The notes below the pieces were generated by a model that saw only the letters and a program-made list of their open reading frames with translations, ran no database searches and was not told where the DNA came from. A program made the translations under genes and the position numbers. A stretch of DNA of 64,000 nucleotides from Candidatus Scatovivens sp. (GTDB taxonomy: Bacteria > Bacillota > Clostridia > TANB77 > CAG-508). Shown here piece by piece: positions 31,820 to 42,054 of the stretch. Position 1 is the first letter of the stretch, and every line of letters starts with the position of its first letter. The stretch lies in assembly GCA_045646345.1 (NCBI GenBank), contig JAZRKN010000001.1, forward strand, positions 96,001-160,000, written 5' to 3'.

Positions 31820-32785
31820 CATTAAATATTCTGGATGAGCTAGATACCAATCTATTGTTTTTACAATACCATCTTTAAACATTGTTTTTGGTTCCCAACC
31901 AAATTCTTCTTTTAATTTTGTAGGATCAATTGCATATCTATAATCATGTCCTTTTCTATCTTCAACATATGAAATTAGACTTTCTGGTTTTCCCAATCTT
32001 TCTAATATTAATTTAACAATTTCAATATTTCTCTTTTCATTGTGTCCGCCAATATTATATCTTTCACCTTTTCTACCTTGGTGTAATACAATATCAATAG
32101 CTTCACAGTGATCTTCAACAAATAACCAGTCTCTTATGTTTAATCCTTGTCCATAAACTGGTAATTTCTCATCTTTTAATGCTTTTGAAATCATATGTGG
32201 TATTAATTTTTCGTGGTGTTGATATGGACCATAGTTATTTGAACAATTTGTCACTGTTACATTCATTTTATATGTTTCACAATATGCTAAAGCAATTAAA
32301 TCAGAACCAGCTTTTGAAGATGAGTATGGACTATTTGGTTGAATTGGTGATTTTTCTGTAAAATATCCAGTTTCTCCTAATGTTCCATAAACTTCATCTG
32401 TAGAAACATGAACGAATTTATTTTCACTTCCTTCTCCCCAGAATTGTTTAGCGGCTTCTAATAAAGTATGTGTTCCAATTACATTTGTTTGTGTAAACAC
32501 AAATGGATTTTTTATACTATTATCAACATGTGATTCAGCTGCAAAGTGAACAACTGCATCTATATCATATTTCTTATATGTTTCTTTTACAAATTCAAAA
32601 TCACAAATATCTCCTTGAACAAATGTTATTTTATCTTTTATATTGTCTAAGTTATGTAAATTTCCAGCATATGTTAATTTATCAAATACAATTATATTGT
32701 ATTTTCCTTCGTATTTTTTTACCATTAATTCAGCAAAATTTGCTCCTATGAATCCTGCTGCTCCTGTAACTAATATATTTTTCAT
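31814..32785 (-). CDS. rmlB: dTDP-glucose 4,6-dehydratase
   Basis: TGAAGFIG, HFAAESHVD, STDEVYG, PYSSSK, NNYGP, DRKGHD. Confidence 0.95.
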   Translation of the reverse strand: MKNILVTGAAGFIGANFAELMVKKYEGKYNIIVFDKLTYAGNLHNLDNIKDKITFVQGDICDFEFVKETYKKYDIDAVVHFAAESHVDNSIKNPFVFTQTNVIGTHTLLEAAKQFWGEGSENKFVHVSTDEVYGTLGETGYFTEKSPIQPNSPYSSSKAGSDLIALAYCETYKMNVTVTNCSNNYGPYQHHEKLIPHMISKALKDEKLPVYGQGLNIRDWLFVEDHCEAIDIVLHQGRKGERYNIGGHNEKRNIEIVKLILERLGKPESLISYVEDRKGHDYRYAIDPTKLKEEFGWEPKTMFKDGIVKTIDWYLAHPEYLMK

Positions 32786-32798
32786 TTTCTTTCCCCTT

Positions 32799-33383
32799 TT
32801 ATTTTAAATTTTGAAATAAATCAGTATTTTTTAGTTCTGCAAGTGTTGGCCATTTTCCATCTTTTTCAGATGTTAAATATTCTTCTGGTTTCATTCCAGG
32901 TACTTCTGGCCATACAATTCCTACTTCTGGATCGTTCCATTTTAATCCACCTTCTCCAGCATGATTATAAACGTCATCACATTTATAAGCGAATTCTGCT
33001 TCATCTGATAATACTAAGAATCCATGAGCAAATCCTCTAGGAATCATAAACATTTTTTTGTTTTCTTCTGAAAGTATAACTCCTTCCCATTTTCCATAAG
33101 TTTCACTTCCAGGTCTTAAATCAACGGCAACATCAAAAACTTCACCTTTTATACATCTAACAAGTTTAGCTTGTGTGTTTTCTTTTTGAAAATGTAATCC
33201 TCTTAAAACACCTTTTTTTGATTTTGATTGATTATCTTGAACAAATTCATTTGTTATTCCTATTTCTGCGAAATCATTTTGGCTATATGTTTCCATGAAA
33301 TATCCTCTGTTATCACCAAAAACAGTAGGTTCTATAACATATACTCCTTTGATTGAAGTATCAATTCTTGTAAATTTACCCAT
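32799..33383 (-). CDS. rmlC: dTDP-4-dehydrorhamnose 3,5-epimerase
   Basis: FGDNRGYF, QDNQSKS, VLRGLHFQ, GFAHGF. Confidence 0.95.
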   Translation of the reverse strand: MGKFTRIDTSIKGVYVIEPTVFGDNRGYFMETYSQNDFAEIGITNEFVQDNQSKSKKGVLRGLHFQKENTQAKLVRCIKGEVFDVAVDLRPGSETYGKWEGVILSEENKKMFMIPRGFAHGFLVLSDEAEFAYKCDDVYNHAGEGGLKWNDPEVGIVWPEVPGMKPEEYLTSEKDGKWPTLAELKNTDLFQNLK

Positions 33384-33525
33384 TTTATTCTTCCTTTCAA
33401 AATTAATTTTCCATACCTTTTATATCAAAAAAATTAATATTTTTCAAGTCCCATTTACAGCAATTAAGCTGTAAAATCTATTTTCATTTACAGCCCAATC
33501 ACTTCTCTTATTTTAATTTTTTCAA

Positions 33526-34443
33526 TTAATTAGCATTAAATAAATCACTTTCAAAGATTTCTTTATATTGTCTAAAGTCTTGTTCAGCAACTCTTTTTAA
33601 ATATTTTCCGTATTCTGTTTTTTTGTATTTTTCAGCTTCTGTTAAAAGTTGATCTTTAGAAATCCATTCATTTCTATAAGCAATTTCTTCTAAGCAAGCA
33701 ATTTGAACACCTTGTCTTAATTCAATTGCTTTTACATAATCTGAAGCATCAGATAATCTATCTGCTGAACCTGTGTCAAACCAAGCATATCCTTTTCCTA
33801 AAGGAATAACTTGTAATTTTCCTCTTTCCATATATTCTTTGTTAACGTCTGTTATTTCTAATTCTCCTCTTTCAGAAGGTTTTATTGATTTAGCTATTTT
33901 AACAACATCATTATCATAGAAATAAATTCCTGGTACTGCAAAATGTGATTTTGGATTTTCTGGTTTTTCTTCAATAGAAAGAGCTTTACCTGTTGAATCT
34001 ATTTCAACAACTCCATAAGATGTTGGATCTGCTACTTGGTAACCGAAAATAATTCCACCTTCTTTTAATTTACTTGCAGCTCTTAAAACGCGTTCAACTC
34101 TTGAACCATAAATCATGTTATCTCCTAAAATTAATGCAACATTGTCATCACCAATAAAATCAGCTCCTAATATGAAAGCATCAGCTAGTCCAACTGGTTT
34201 TTCTTGAACTTTATATTCAAATTTCATTCCAAATCTTGATCCATCACCTAATAAACTTTCAAATGCTGGTAAATGTACTGGTGTAGATATAATTAATACT
34301 TCTTTTATACCAGCCATCATCAATGTTGATAAAGGATAATAAATCATTGGTTTATCATATACTGGTAACATTTGTTTTGATACGGCAAGTGTTATTGGAT
34401 AAAGTCTAGTAGCACTTCCTCCTGCTAAAATAATTCCTTTCAT
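33526..34443 (-). CDS. rmlA: Glucose-1-phosphate thymidylyltransferase
   Basis: [40 protein letters not shown]. The true start is ATG 34443, in a TAATG overlap with rmlD. Confidence 0.95.
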   Translation of the reverse strand: MKGIILAGGSATRLYPITLAVSKQMLPVYDKPMIYYPLSTLMMAGIKEVLIISTPVHLPAFESLLGDGSRFGMKFEYKVQEKPVGLADAFILGADFIGDDNVALILGDNMIYGSRVERVLRAASKLKEGGIIFGYQVADPTSYGVVEIDSTGKALSIEEKPENPKSHFAVPGIYFYDNDVVKIAKSIKPSERGELEITDVNKEYMERGKLQVIPLGKGYAWFDTGSADRLSDASDYVKAIELRQGVQIACLEEIAYRNEWISKDQLLTEAEKYKKTEYGKYLKRVAEQDFRQYKEIFESDLFNAN

Positions 34444-35303
34444 TATTTTAATTCCTCCTTTAAATATTCTTCTAAAGCTACTTCCCATGCTTCAGGTACT
34501 ATTCCTACATTTTTTAATTTTTCTTTTGATAATTGGCTATTTGAAGGTCTATCGCTTGATTGTGGATACATTTCCTTGTATTCTTTTGAAGTAATAGCTT
34601 TAACTTTTGTAGATATATTGGCAAGTTCAAATATTTTTCTTGTGAATCTGCACCATGTTGTAAATCCTTCGTTTGTTGAATGATATACTCCATATTCAGG
34701 TTCTTTTTCCATAATTCCTTCTATTATTTTGCAAAGTGTTGTTGTAGATGTTGGGCTTCCATGTTGATCATCAACAACTGTAAGTTCTTCTCTATCTTGT
34801 GATAATCTAAGCATTGTCTTTACAAAGTTTTTTCCACCTAATCCATAAAGCCAAGCTGTTCTTAATATATAATGTTTTGCAACTTTTGCAGCATTTTCTT
34901 CTCCAACAAGTTTTGTTCTTCCATATGCGCTTACTGGTTCTGGTTTCATATCCTCTGTATATATTTGGTCTACTGGTAAATTTCCTGGAAATACATAATC
35001 TGTACTAATGTGAATAAATGTTGCATCATTTAGATTAGCCGCTTCTGCAATATTAGCTACTGCAGTACCATTAACAGCCATTGCTAAATCAGTATTTACT
35101 TCGCATCCATCAACATTTGTATAAGCAGCACAGTTTATAATAAAATACGGTTTTACTTCTGCAACTTTAGCTAAAACAGCATCTTTATCAGTTATATCTA
35201 AAGTTTGTAATGTTGTTCCTGTTACATCGTATATTTTTTCTAATCTTTCTCTTAATTCTCCACCAAGCATTCCATCTGCTCCGATTAATAATACCTTCTT
35301 CAT
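34443..35303 (-). CDS. rmlD: dTDP-4-dehydrorhamnose reductase
   Basis: [39 protein letters not shown]. Confidence 0.95.
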   Translation of the reverse strand: MKKVLLIGADGMLGGELRERLEKIYDVTGTTLQTLDITDKDAVLAKVAEVKPYFIINCAAYTNVDGCEVNTDLAMAVNGTAVANIAEAANLNDATFIHISTDYVFPGNLPVDQIYTEDMKPEPVSAYGRTKLVGEENAAKVAKHYILRTAWLYGLGGKNFVKTMLRLSQDREELTVVDDQHGSPTSTTTLCKIIEGIMEKEPEYGVYHSTNEGFTTWCRFTRKIFELANISTKVKAITSKEYKEMYPQSSDRPSNSQLSKEKLKNVGIVPEAWEVALEEYLKEELK

Positions 35304-35340
35304 TTTCTTCCTTCCTTATTACATTAAATTTGATATACGC

Positions 35341-35410
35341 ATTATATCACAGCGTTTTGAGTTGTCAAAGTTTTTCACAGTCATTTTACAAAATACACAA
35401 AACTTTCACA
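35341..35410 (-). promoter_or_regulatory. sigmaA promoter of rml operon with upstream direct repeats
   Basis: On the - strand, TTGACA-16-TATAAT with an extended TG, preceded by TGTGAA/TGTGTA/TGTAAA/TGTGAA hexamers. Confidence 0.7.
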
Positions 35411-35458
35411 AAACTTGATAAGTTTTGCGCTGCATTACATTAACGACTATTACACTTC

Positions 35459-36664
35459 TTATAAATTGTGCAAAAAGTTAACAGGTATTCCACCTATTAA
35501 AGTGAAAAGTATTAATGTAATTAAAAATACTTTTCTATATTTTTTATTTGAATAATTTAAAAACAAGAATGATAATATACTTAATTCACATGCAAAAAGA
35601 TATAAAAATTTATTTGTTGCGAAATTTATTGGATATTTGATAAATGCCAATAAACATGTCATTACTAATGTTATTCTTATCGCATGTTTTAATTTTATTC
35701 CAAAATCATCTATGTTTCCCATTATATAAAACATTATAAGCAAATTAGCCAACTGAACCGCAGAAACAACTCTAAGACCACCAACACTTGAAAGCATTGT
35801 AAATTTATCTACAAAATCTGGGAAACCAGAAATGCAATATACTGTTTCTAAAACTGCCATTACTGCCATTGGTAATAAAAAATTAAAATGTTTTTCTTTT
35901 TTGTACAAATAGAACAAAGCTAATACAAGTGGCAATGGAAACATAGTTATGATACTTCCAAAATATTCCACTTCTTCAATGTTGTTATATGGCAAAAGCG
36001 GATTATACAAATATGTAAATAAACCATCAATTCCAGAATTTAATCCTTGAGGGTTTTCTGTATAAGTATTTTTCCAAAATACTTGAGATAGCGACGCACA
36101 AATTATACTAACTGTAATTGTTAATATTAATACTATTTTGGTACTCTTGTTTTCTTTTATTTCTTTTATATTATCAGCAAAAATCCAAAGAATTAATGCA
36201 AAAAATAAATATCCAAATGAAATAGCAAAAGGTCTAAAAGTATACATATACCCAATCGCACAACCAATTATTGCTATAGCATTTAAGATATTTTTCTTTA
36301 AATTTTTTTCTTTTATTATTTTATAAATTAGTAATGTTATAACTTCACCTAAAATAATTGAATCTATTTTTGTAAAATTCCAAACAACACAACCTGAAAA
36401 AGCTAGAACTATAGTTCCAGCCAAAGACATCTCTTTATTATTCTTTGTTATCAATTTAAAAAGTTCATAGCTCGATAAAATTAATGCAAAAAATTTTGTT
36501 GTCCACCATAAACTTAACATTTTATCTGTTGTACATATCCATTCAATTATAGATACATTATTTAAAAAGAAACCAATAATTGCAGAAATGATTATTGTTA
36601 TAAATGATATTTTATATCTATTTTCTAATAGTTTATCACAAAGTTCAGTATTTTTTTTACTCAT
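35459..36664 (-). CDS. Polytopic membrane protein, shortened paralog of 11968-14196
   Basis: Shared segments (NRYKI; LS.W..+...L..YEL..++T..NK.+SL.G.+V+.FS..V.W; ISFGYLF.AL+.WI; FP+P++L.L.Y) but lacks the RTDEW loop and the C-terminal domain. Confidence 0.7.
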   Translation of the reverse strand: MSKKNTELCDKLLENRYKISFITIIISAIIGFFLNNVSIIEWICTTDKMLSLWWTTKFFALILSSYELFKLITKNNKEMSLAGTIVLAFSGCVVWNFTKIDSIILGEVITLLIYKIIKEKNLKKNILNAIAIIGCAIGYMYTFRPFAISFGYLFFALILWIFADNIKEIKENKSTKIVLILTITVSIICASLSQVFWKNTYTENPQGLNSGIDGLFTYLYNPLLPYNNIEEVEYFGSIITMFPLPLVLALFYLYKKEKHFNFLLPMAVMAVLETVYCISGFPDFVDKFTMLSSVGGLRVVSAVQLANLLIMFYIMGNIDDFGIKLKHAIRITLVMTCLLAFIKYPINFATNKFLYLFACELSILSFLFLNYSNKKYRKVFLITLILFTLIGGIPVNFLHNL

Positions 36665-36712
36665 TTTATATTACATGTGCTAGAAAATTTCCTAGCACAT
36701 TTTTACTCCTCT

Positions 36713-37996
36713 TTATTTGTTTTTTCTTTCTTTATTCACTTGTCTTTCTCTTGCAATTCCCATATGATTTGATGGAACATCTTCTGTTATTGTTGATCCA
36801 GCTGCAATTAAAACATCATCTCCTATAGTAACTGGTGCTACTAAATTTACGTTTGAACCAATAAATGCTCTGTCACCTATAATTGTTTTATTTTTATTAA
36901 CCCCATCATAATTGCATGTTATTGTACCACATCCAATATTTCCATCAGTTCCAATTTCTGTATCTCCCAAATATATGAAATGTGGCACTTTTGTTCTTGC
37001 ACCAACTTTTGTATTTTTTATTTCAACAAAATTTCCTATTTTTGCATCATTTCCAACTATACATTTTTCCCTAATATATGCATTTGGACCTATTTCACAG
37101 TTTTCACCAATAATTACTCCACTTTTAATTATAGTATTTGGATGAATTACAGTATCCATTCCTATAATTACGTTATCATGAATATATGTTGAATTTGCAT
37201 CTTCTATTGTAACACCATTTCTCATATGTTCAGCATTTATTCTCATTCTTAAAACTCTTGTTAAAAGTTCAAGTTGTGCTCTATCATTTACTCCAAGAAT
37301 TTCTGTGTTATCTTCAACTATAACAGCACCAGTTTTTAAACCTTTGTCGTTCATAATTTTAATAACATCTGTTAAATAATATTCTCCTTGAGCATTATTT
37401 GGTTTTATATATTCTAATGAAGCTAATAATTCTTCAATATCAAAACAATAAATACCTGAATTTATTTCTTTGATTTCTTTTTCAAACATATTAGCATCTT
37501 TTTCTTCTACTATAGCTTTAATATTTCCACCTTCATCACGGATAATTCTTCCATAACCTGTTGGATTTTCATATATAGCAGTTAATAGTGTTGCATATTC
37601 TTTATTTTTATAACTTTTTGATACTAGGTTTTGTAAAGTTTCTTTTCTTATAATAGGAACATCTCCATAAAGAATAACAACTTTACCTTTCTTTCCTTCT
37701 AAGAATTTTCTAGCTTGCATTACAGCATGACCTGTTCCTAATAACTCTTCTTGATAAGCATATTTTACTGAATCTCCAAGAACAGCCTCAACTTGTTCTC
37801 TTAAATGACCTACAACTGCAACAACTTCATCAGAGCCAATATTAATTGCTAATTCTGCAACTCTTTTAACCAATTCTTTATCATATATTTTATGTACTAG
37901 TTTTGATTTATTTGATTTCATTCTAGTACCTTTACCAGCAGCCATAATGACTGTCATTACAAATTTGTCTTCACCATCAATAATCATAGTTTTCAC
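36713..37996 (-). CDS. glmU: Bifunctional UDP-GlcNAc pyrophosphorylase / glucosamine-1-P acetyltransferase
   Basis: AAGKGTRMKS, GTGHAV, GYGRIIR, NNAQGEYYLTD, hexapeptide repeats, TCNYDG. Confidence 0.95.
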   Translation of the reverse strand: MKTMIIDGEDKFVMTVIMAAGKGTRMKSNKSKLVHKIYDKELVKRVAELAINIGSDEVVAVVGHLREQVEAVLGDSVKYAYQEELLGTGHAVMQARKFLEGKKGKVVILYGDVPIIRKETLQNLVSKSYKNKEYATLLTAIYENPTGYGRIIRDEGGNIKAIVEEKDANMFEKEIKEINSGIYCFDIEELLASLEYIKPNNAQGEYYLTDVIKIMNDKGLKTGAVIVEDNTEILGVNDRAQLELLTRVLRMRINAEHMRNGVTIEDANSTYIHDNVIIGMDTVIHPNTIIKSGVIIGENCEIGPNAYIREKCIVGNDAKIGNFVEIKNTKVGARTKVPHFIYLGDTEIGTDGNIGCGTITCNYDGVNKNKTIIGDRAFIGSNVNLVAPVTIGDDVLIAAGSTITEDVPSNHMGIARERQVNKERKNK

Positions 37997-38209
37997 CTTT
38001 TATAAATTTATTTTGCATTTTTGCAATAAAAAATTAATAATTTTATTTTTCTTCAAATGCCTTTATATCTTTATTTATATTATTAATTTTCAAAATTATT
38101 CTATTACAATATTGTAAATTAGTCAATATTCTGGTTTTCAAAAATAGTTCTCTAATATCTTCATAAAATGAAACAAGCCCCAGAGATTGACTCTCCGGGG
38201 ACTCGCAGC

Positions 38210-38638
38210 TTACATAGAAATTCTAAAGGTCTTACTTTCGATAACTTTCATCTGTTCAAAGAATTTACCGCCATCGGTACTGATAAATAGATTATCCCCC
38301 ATTTCGGTAAATTTCTTAGGTTCTCTGTTCTCATTCAGCATGACATAGTATTTCTTCTTTTTTTGTGTGTTCACTACAGCATACACATTTGTTACGACTT
38401 TTAAAAGGTTCAATTTACGTGCTCGTACAAGTTTAACCTCAACTACAACATCAGTTTTACCATCTGGTACCGCAGGTTCCTTTGAAGCTGTAAGTAATGT
38501 CTTTAAGACATCTTCTTGTATCTGTTCACATTTCCCTTCATACCGTTTAATAGCATCTTGTGGACACACATCAAACGCTTCTGCTTTTTCAAGCCATCCC
38601 ATGCATTCCTTCGAAATTCTTACTCGTCTAGGAAACAT
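38210..38638 (-). CDS. Hypothetical protein (orphan, 142 aa)
   Basis: RBS AGGAGGT, own TTGACA-18-TATAAT promoter (~38669-38698) and a GC-rich hairpin at 38178-38200. Confidence 0.7.
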   Translation of the reverse strand: MFPRRVRISKECMGWLEKAEAFDVCPQDAIKRYEGKCEQIQEDVLKTLLTASKEPAVPDGKTDVVVEVKLVRARKLNLLKVVTNVYAVVNTQKKKKYYVMLNENREPKKFTEMGDNLFISTDGGKFFEQMKVIESKTFRISM

Positions 38639-38699
38639 GTTACACCTCCTAAAATTTTTGTCTTTATTATTATAACATGCGTATTTTTGTTATGTCAAC

Positions 38700-39293
38700 T
38701 TATTTTTTGGTTACTCTTGTTATCGCTAAACCATCACCAATTTCTAAAATTTCAGTTTCTAAATTTGGATTTTCTGTTACTTCTTTTATGTATTCTCTCA
38801 AATGTCTTACAGCAGTTCTTTGTTTATGTTTATTATAATCACTCATAACATAACCTTTATATAAAACATTATCTGCTAAAATCAACCCACCATTTCTAAT
38901 TAACCTTATTCCCTCTTCTAAAAAGATTGAATATTTACTTTTTGCAGCATCTATAAATACAATATCATACTCATTTGATAATGTTGGTAAAATTTCAACA
39001 GCGTTTCCAATCATAATGTTTATATTTTTATCCACACCAATTTTTTTTACATTTTCAATTGCTTGTTTAGCTCTTTCTTCATCAAGTTCTATTGTATCAA
39101 CAATTGCATCTTCAGCATATTTTATAAAACAACTCGCTGAATATCCTACTGCAGTTCCTATTTCTAATATTCTTTTTGGTTTTTCTTCTTTTAAAATTTC
39201 TTTAATTTTTTCTAGTGTATCATCCATTATAATTGGAATATGATTTTCTAAAGCATCTTTTTTTAATATTTCAAATTCTTGTTCATTAAACAT
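38700..39293 (-). CDS. O-methyltransferase (YrrM/TrmR-like)
   Basis: ILEIGTAVGYS, FIDAAK, ADNVL, IGDGL. Confidence 0.88.
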   Translation of the reverse strand: MFNEQEFEILKKDALENHIPIIMDDTLEKIKEILKEEKPKRILEIGTAVGYSASCFIKYAEDAIVDTIELDEERAKQAIENVKKIGVDKNINIMIGNAVEILPTLSNEYDIVFIDAAKSKYSIFLEEGIRLIRNGGLILADNVLYKGYVMSDYNKHKQRTAVRHLREYIKEVTENPNLETEILEIGDGLAITRVTKK

Positions 39294-39315
39294 TTTTTAC
39301 CTCTTTATAATATAC

Positions 39316-39350
39316 AAAAACCGTTTTACCAAAAAGCAAAACGGTTTGTT
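39316..39350 (-). terminator. Terminator after typA
   Basis: AAACCGTTTT...AAAACGGTTT inverted repeat. Confidence 0.7.
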
Positions 39351-39365
39351 GTTTTTTTCTTTTTA

Positions 39366-41189
39366 TTATGAATTAGCGCTTTGTCTTGCAGCTCTTTCTC
39401 TATCTTTATTATTTAATATTTTCTTTCTTAATCTTATAGATTTTGGTGTAATTTCAACTAGTTCATCATCTTGTATAAATTCAATAGCTTTCTCTAAGCT
39501 CATTTGAATTGGTGGAACAAGTCTTAAAGCATCATCTGATCCAGAAGCTCTTGTATTTGTTAAATGTTTTTCTTTACATACGTTAATAGCTAAATCCTCA
39601 CCTCTTGAGTTTAATCCAACTATCATCCCTTCGTAAACTTCAACACCTGGTCCTATAAATAAATCACCTTTATCTTGAGCATTATATAAACCATAAGTAA
39701 TTGATTTTCCGTTTTCAAATGCAACTATTGTTCCTCTAACTCTTGATTGAACATCTCCTTTATATGGTTCATATGAATCAAAAATATGATTCATTGTTCC
39801 TTCACCTTTTGTATCTGTTAAGAATTCTGTTCTATATCCTATTATTCCTCTTGCAGGTATTTTAAATTCAATTTTTGTATGTCCAGCTTCAGCAGGTTCC
39901 ATGTTAACCATTTCACCTTTTCTTCTACCTAATTTTTCAATAACATTTCCAACACAATCATCCGGAACATTTACAACTAATCTTTCGATTGGTTCACATT
40001 TAACTCCATCAATTTCTTTGAAAATAACTTTAGGTCTAGAAACTAAAAGTTCAAATCCTTCTCTTCTCATTGTCTCAATTAAAACTGATAAGTGCAACTC
40101 TCCTCTTCCTGAAACCTCAAATGAATCTGCAGAATCTGTTTCTTTTACTCTTAAACTTACGTTTCTATCTAATTCTTTAAACAATCTATCTCTTATATGT
40201 CTTGAAGTAACAAATTGCCCTTCTTTTCCTGCAAATGGTCCATTATTAACACTGAATGTCATAGATACTGTTGGTTCATCAATATCTACAAATGGTATTT
40301 TCTCTGGATTGTTATAATCACAAATTGTATCACCTATGTTTATATCACTAACACCAGATAAAGCAACTATATCACCAGCTTCAGCATGTTCTACTTCAAC
40401 TCTTTTTAATCCTTCATATGTATAAAGTTTTGCAACTCTCGCAGTTACCACTTTATCTTCTGATTTGCAAATTGCAACAGGCATATTTAGATCAATTGCT
40501 CCTCTTTCAACTCTACCGATTGAAATTCTTCCAATATAATCATCATAATCTATATTTGAAACTAACATTTGCATTGTTCCATCCATATCGCATGCTGGTG
40601 GATCAATTTCTTTTATTATTGTTTCGAATAAGCATTCTAAATTTTCACCTTGAACATCTAAATCTAATGTTGCAGTTCCTTGTTTTCCAGAAGCGTATAC
40701 AACAGGGAATTCAAGTTGTGAATCATCTGCACCTAATTCAATAAATAAATCTAATACGCTATCTAAAACTTTTAATGGTTGTGCCCCTGGTCTATCAATT
40801 TTATTTATAACAACAATTGGTTTTAATTTTAATCCTAAAGATTTTTTTAGAACTTCTCTTGTTTGTGGCATTGCACCTTCAAAAGCGTCAACTAATAATA
40901 CAACTCCATCAACCATTTTTAAAACACGTTCTACTTCTCCTCCAAAGTCTGCGTGTCCTGGTGTATCAACTATATTAATTTTTATATCTTTATATTGAAC
41001 AGCTGTATTTTTAGAAAGAATTGTAATTCCTCTTTCTTTTTCTAAGTCATTTGAGTCCATTACTCTATCTTGAACTTGTTCATTTGCTCTAAAGATACCA
41101 CTTTGTCTAAGCATTGCATCTACTAATGTAGTTTTTCCATGATCAACGTGTGCTATTATTGCTACGTTTCTGATTTTTTGGTTATTCAT
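39366..41189 (-). CDS. typA: Translational GTPase TypA/BipA
   Basis: IAHVDHGKTT, DTPGHADFGGEVER, GRGELHL, ETMRREG, DDELVEITPKSIRLRK. Confidence 0.97.
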   Translation of the reverse strand: MNNQKIRNVAIIAHVDHGKTTLVDAMLRQSGIFRANEQVQDRVMDSNDLEKERGITILSKNTAVQYKDIKINIVDTPGHADFGGEVERVLKMVDGVVLLVDAFEGAMPQTREVLKKSLGLKLKPIVVINKIDRPGAQPLKVLDSVLDLFIELGADDSQLEFPVVYASGKQGTATLDLDVQGENLECLFETIIKEIDPPACDMDGTMQMLVSNIDYDDYIGRISIGRVERGAIDLNMPVAICKSEDKVVTARVAKLYTYEGLKRVEVEHAEAGDIVALSGVSDINIGDTICDYNNPEKIPFVDIDEPTVSMTFSVNNGPFAGKEGQFVTSRHIRDRLFKELDRNVSLRVKETDSADSFEVSGRGELHLSVLIETMRREGFELLVSRPKVIFKEIDGVKCEPIERLVVNVPDDCVGNVIEKLGRRKGEMVNMEPAEAGHTKIEFKIPARGIIGYRTEFLTDTKGEGTMNHIFDSYEPYKGDVQSRVRGTIVAFENGKSITYGLYNAQDKGDLFIGPGVEVYEGMIVGLNSRGEDLAINVCKEKHLTNTRASGSDDALRLVPPIQMSLEKAIEFIQDDELVEITPKSIRLRKKILNNKDRERAARQSANS

Positions 41190-41371
41190 TTTATTACCCC
41201 TTTTATTTCTTAATTTATTTTATATATTTCGTATATAATTTAAATTGCTTTTGCTAAAACACATCTCATAAACTTTACATAATTCTTTGTTGTTTTAACC
41301 ATAATATTATATATCTTCGTATATCATTTGTCAATACAAGTGTATCAAAAAAACAGTGATATCTGTGCAAC

Positions 41372-41411
41372 AAAAAACATTGATTAAAGTCCAACTTAAT
41401 CAATGTTTTTT
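41372..41411 (-). terminator. Terminator after plsC
   Basis: AAAAAACATTGATTAA...TTAATCAATGTTTTTT. Confidence 0.75.
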
Positions 41412-41417
41412 ATCGTT

Positions 41418-42032
41418 TTAAATTTCAGTTTTTGAAAGTCTAATAATTTCATTCATTATTATTTCACTTACTTTATCTTCAGCTTCTTTTTCAGCTTTTT
41501 TATCGCCTCTATATTCTGAAAAATCTAAAGCTTTTCCATAAATAATCGCATTCTTTGAAAATGGTTTTGCAGGACCAACAATTCCTATAGGAACAACTTT
41601 TGCTCCTGTTTTTAAAGCCATATATGCAGCTCCATTTTTTACTTTTCCTTCATTTTTCTCTAAACCATTTCTAGTTCCTTCTGGAAATAGTCCTATACAC
41701 TTACCATCTTTTAAAGTCTTCAATGCTGTTTTTAATGCAGTTATATCCTTTTCATCTCTTTTAACATATATTCCTTCAAACAAGAATCCTAAAAATGCAA
41801 ATAAAGGATTTTTTCTCAATTCTTCTTTTGCCATAAATCTCATATCTCTTCCTGCTGTTACAACAATTAGAGGTGGATCTAAATATGTTCTATGATTTCC
41901 ACAAAACATTAAAGCTCCTTCTTTTGGAACATTTTCTTTTCCTATAATTTTTACTCTGTAAACTATTTTGCAATATACTAAAATACAAAATCTAATAAAT
42001 GCTTTTCCAACTTCTCTTAAAAACTTTTTCAT
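41418..42032 (-). CDS. plsC: 1-acyl-sn-glycerol-3-phosphate acyltransferase
   Basis: NHRTYLD (NHxxxxD), FMAKEEL, FPEGTR; follows cmk. Confidence 0.9.
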   Translation of the reverse strand: MKKFLREVGKAFIRFCILVYCKIVYRVKIIGKENVPKEGALMFCGNHRTYLDPPLIVVTAGRDMRFMAKEELRKNPLFAFLGFLFEGIYVKRDEKDITALKTALKTLKDGKCIGLFPEGTRNGLEKNEGKVKNGAAYMALKTGAKVVPIGIVGPAKPFSKNAIIYGKALDFSEYRGDKKAEKEAEDKVSEIIMNEIIRLSKTEI

Positions 42033-42054
42033 AATTTTTCTTATCCTTATATAA

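Noticed and set aside
33526-34488. N-terminal extension of RmlA (and similar extensions on spoIVA, 4117-5025 and 55276)
   Set aside because: These are longest-ORF artefacts. RBS position and family N-termini indicate downstream ATG starts.
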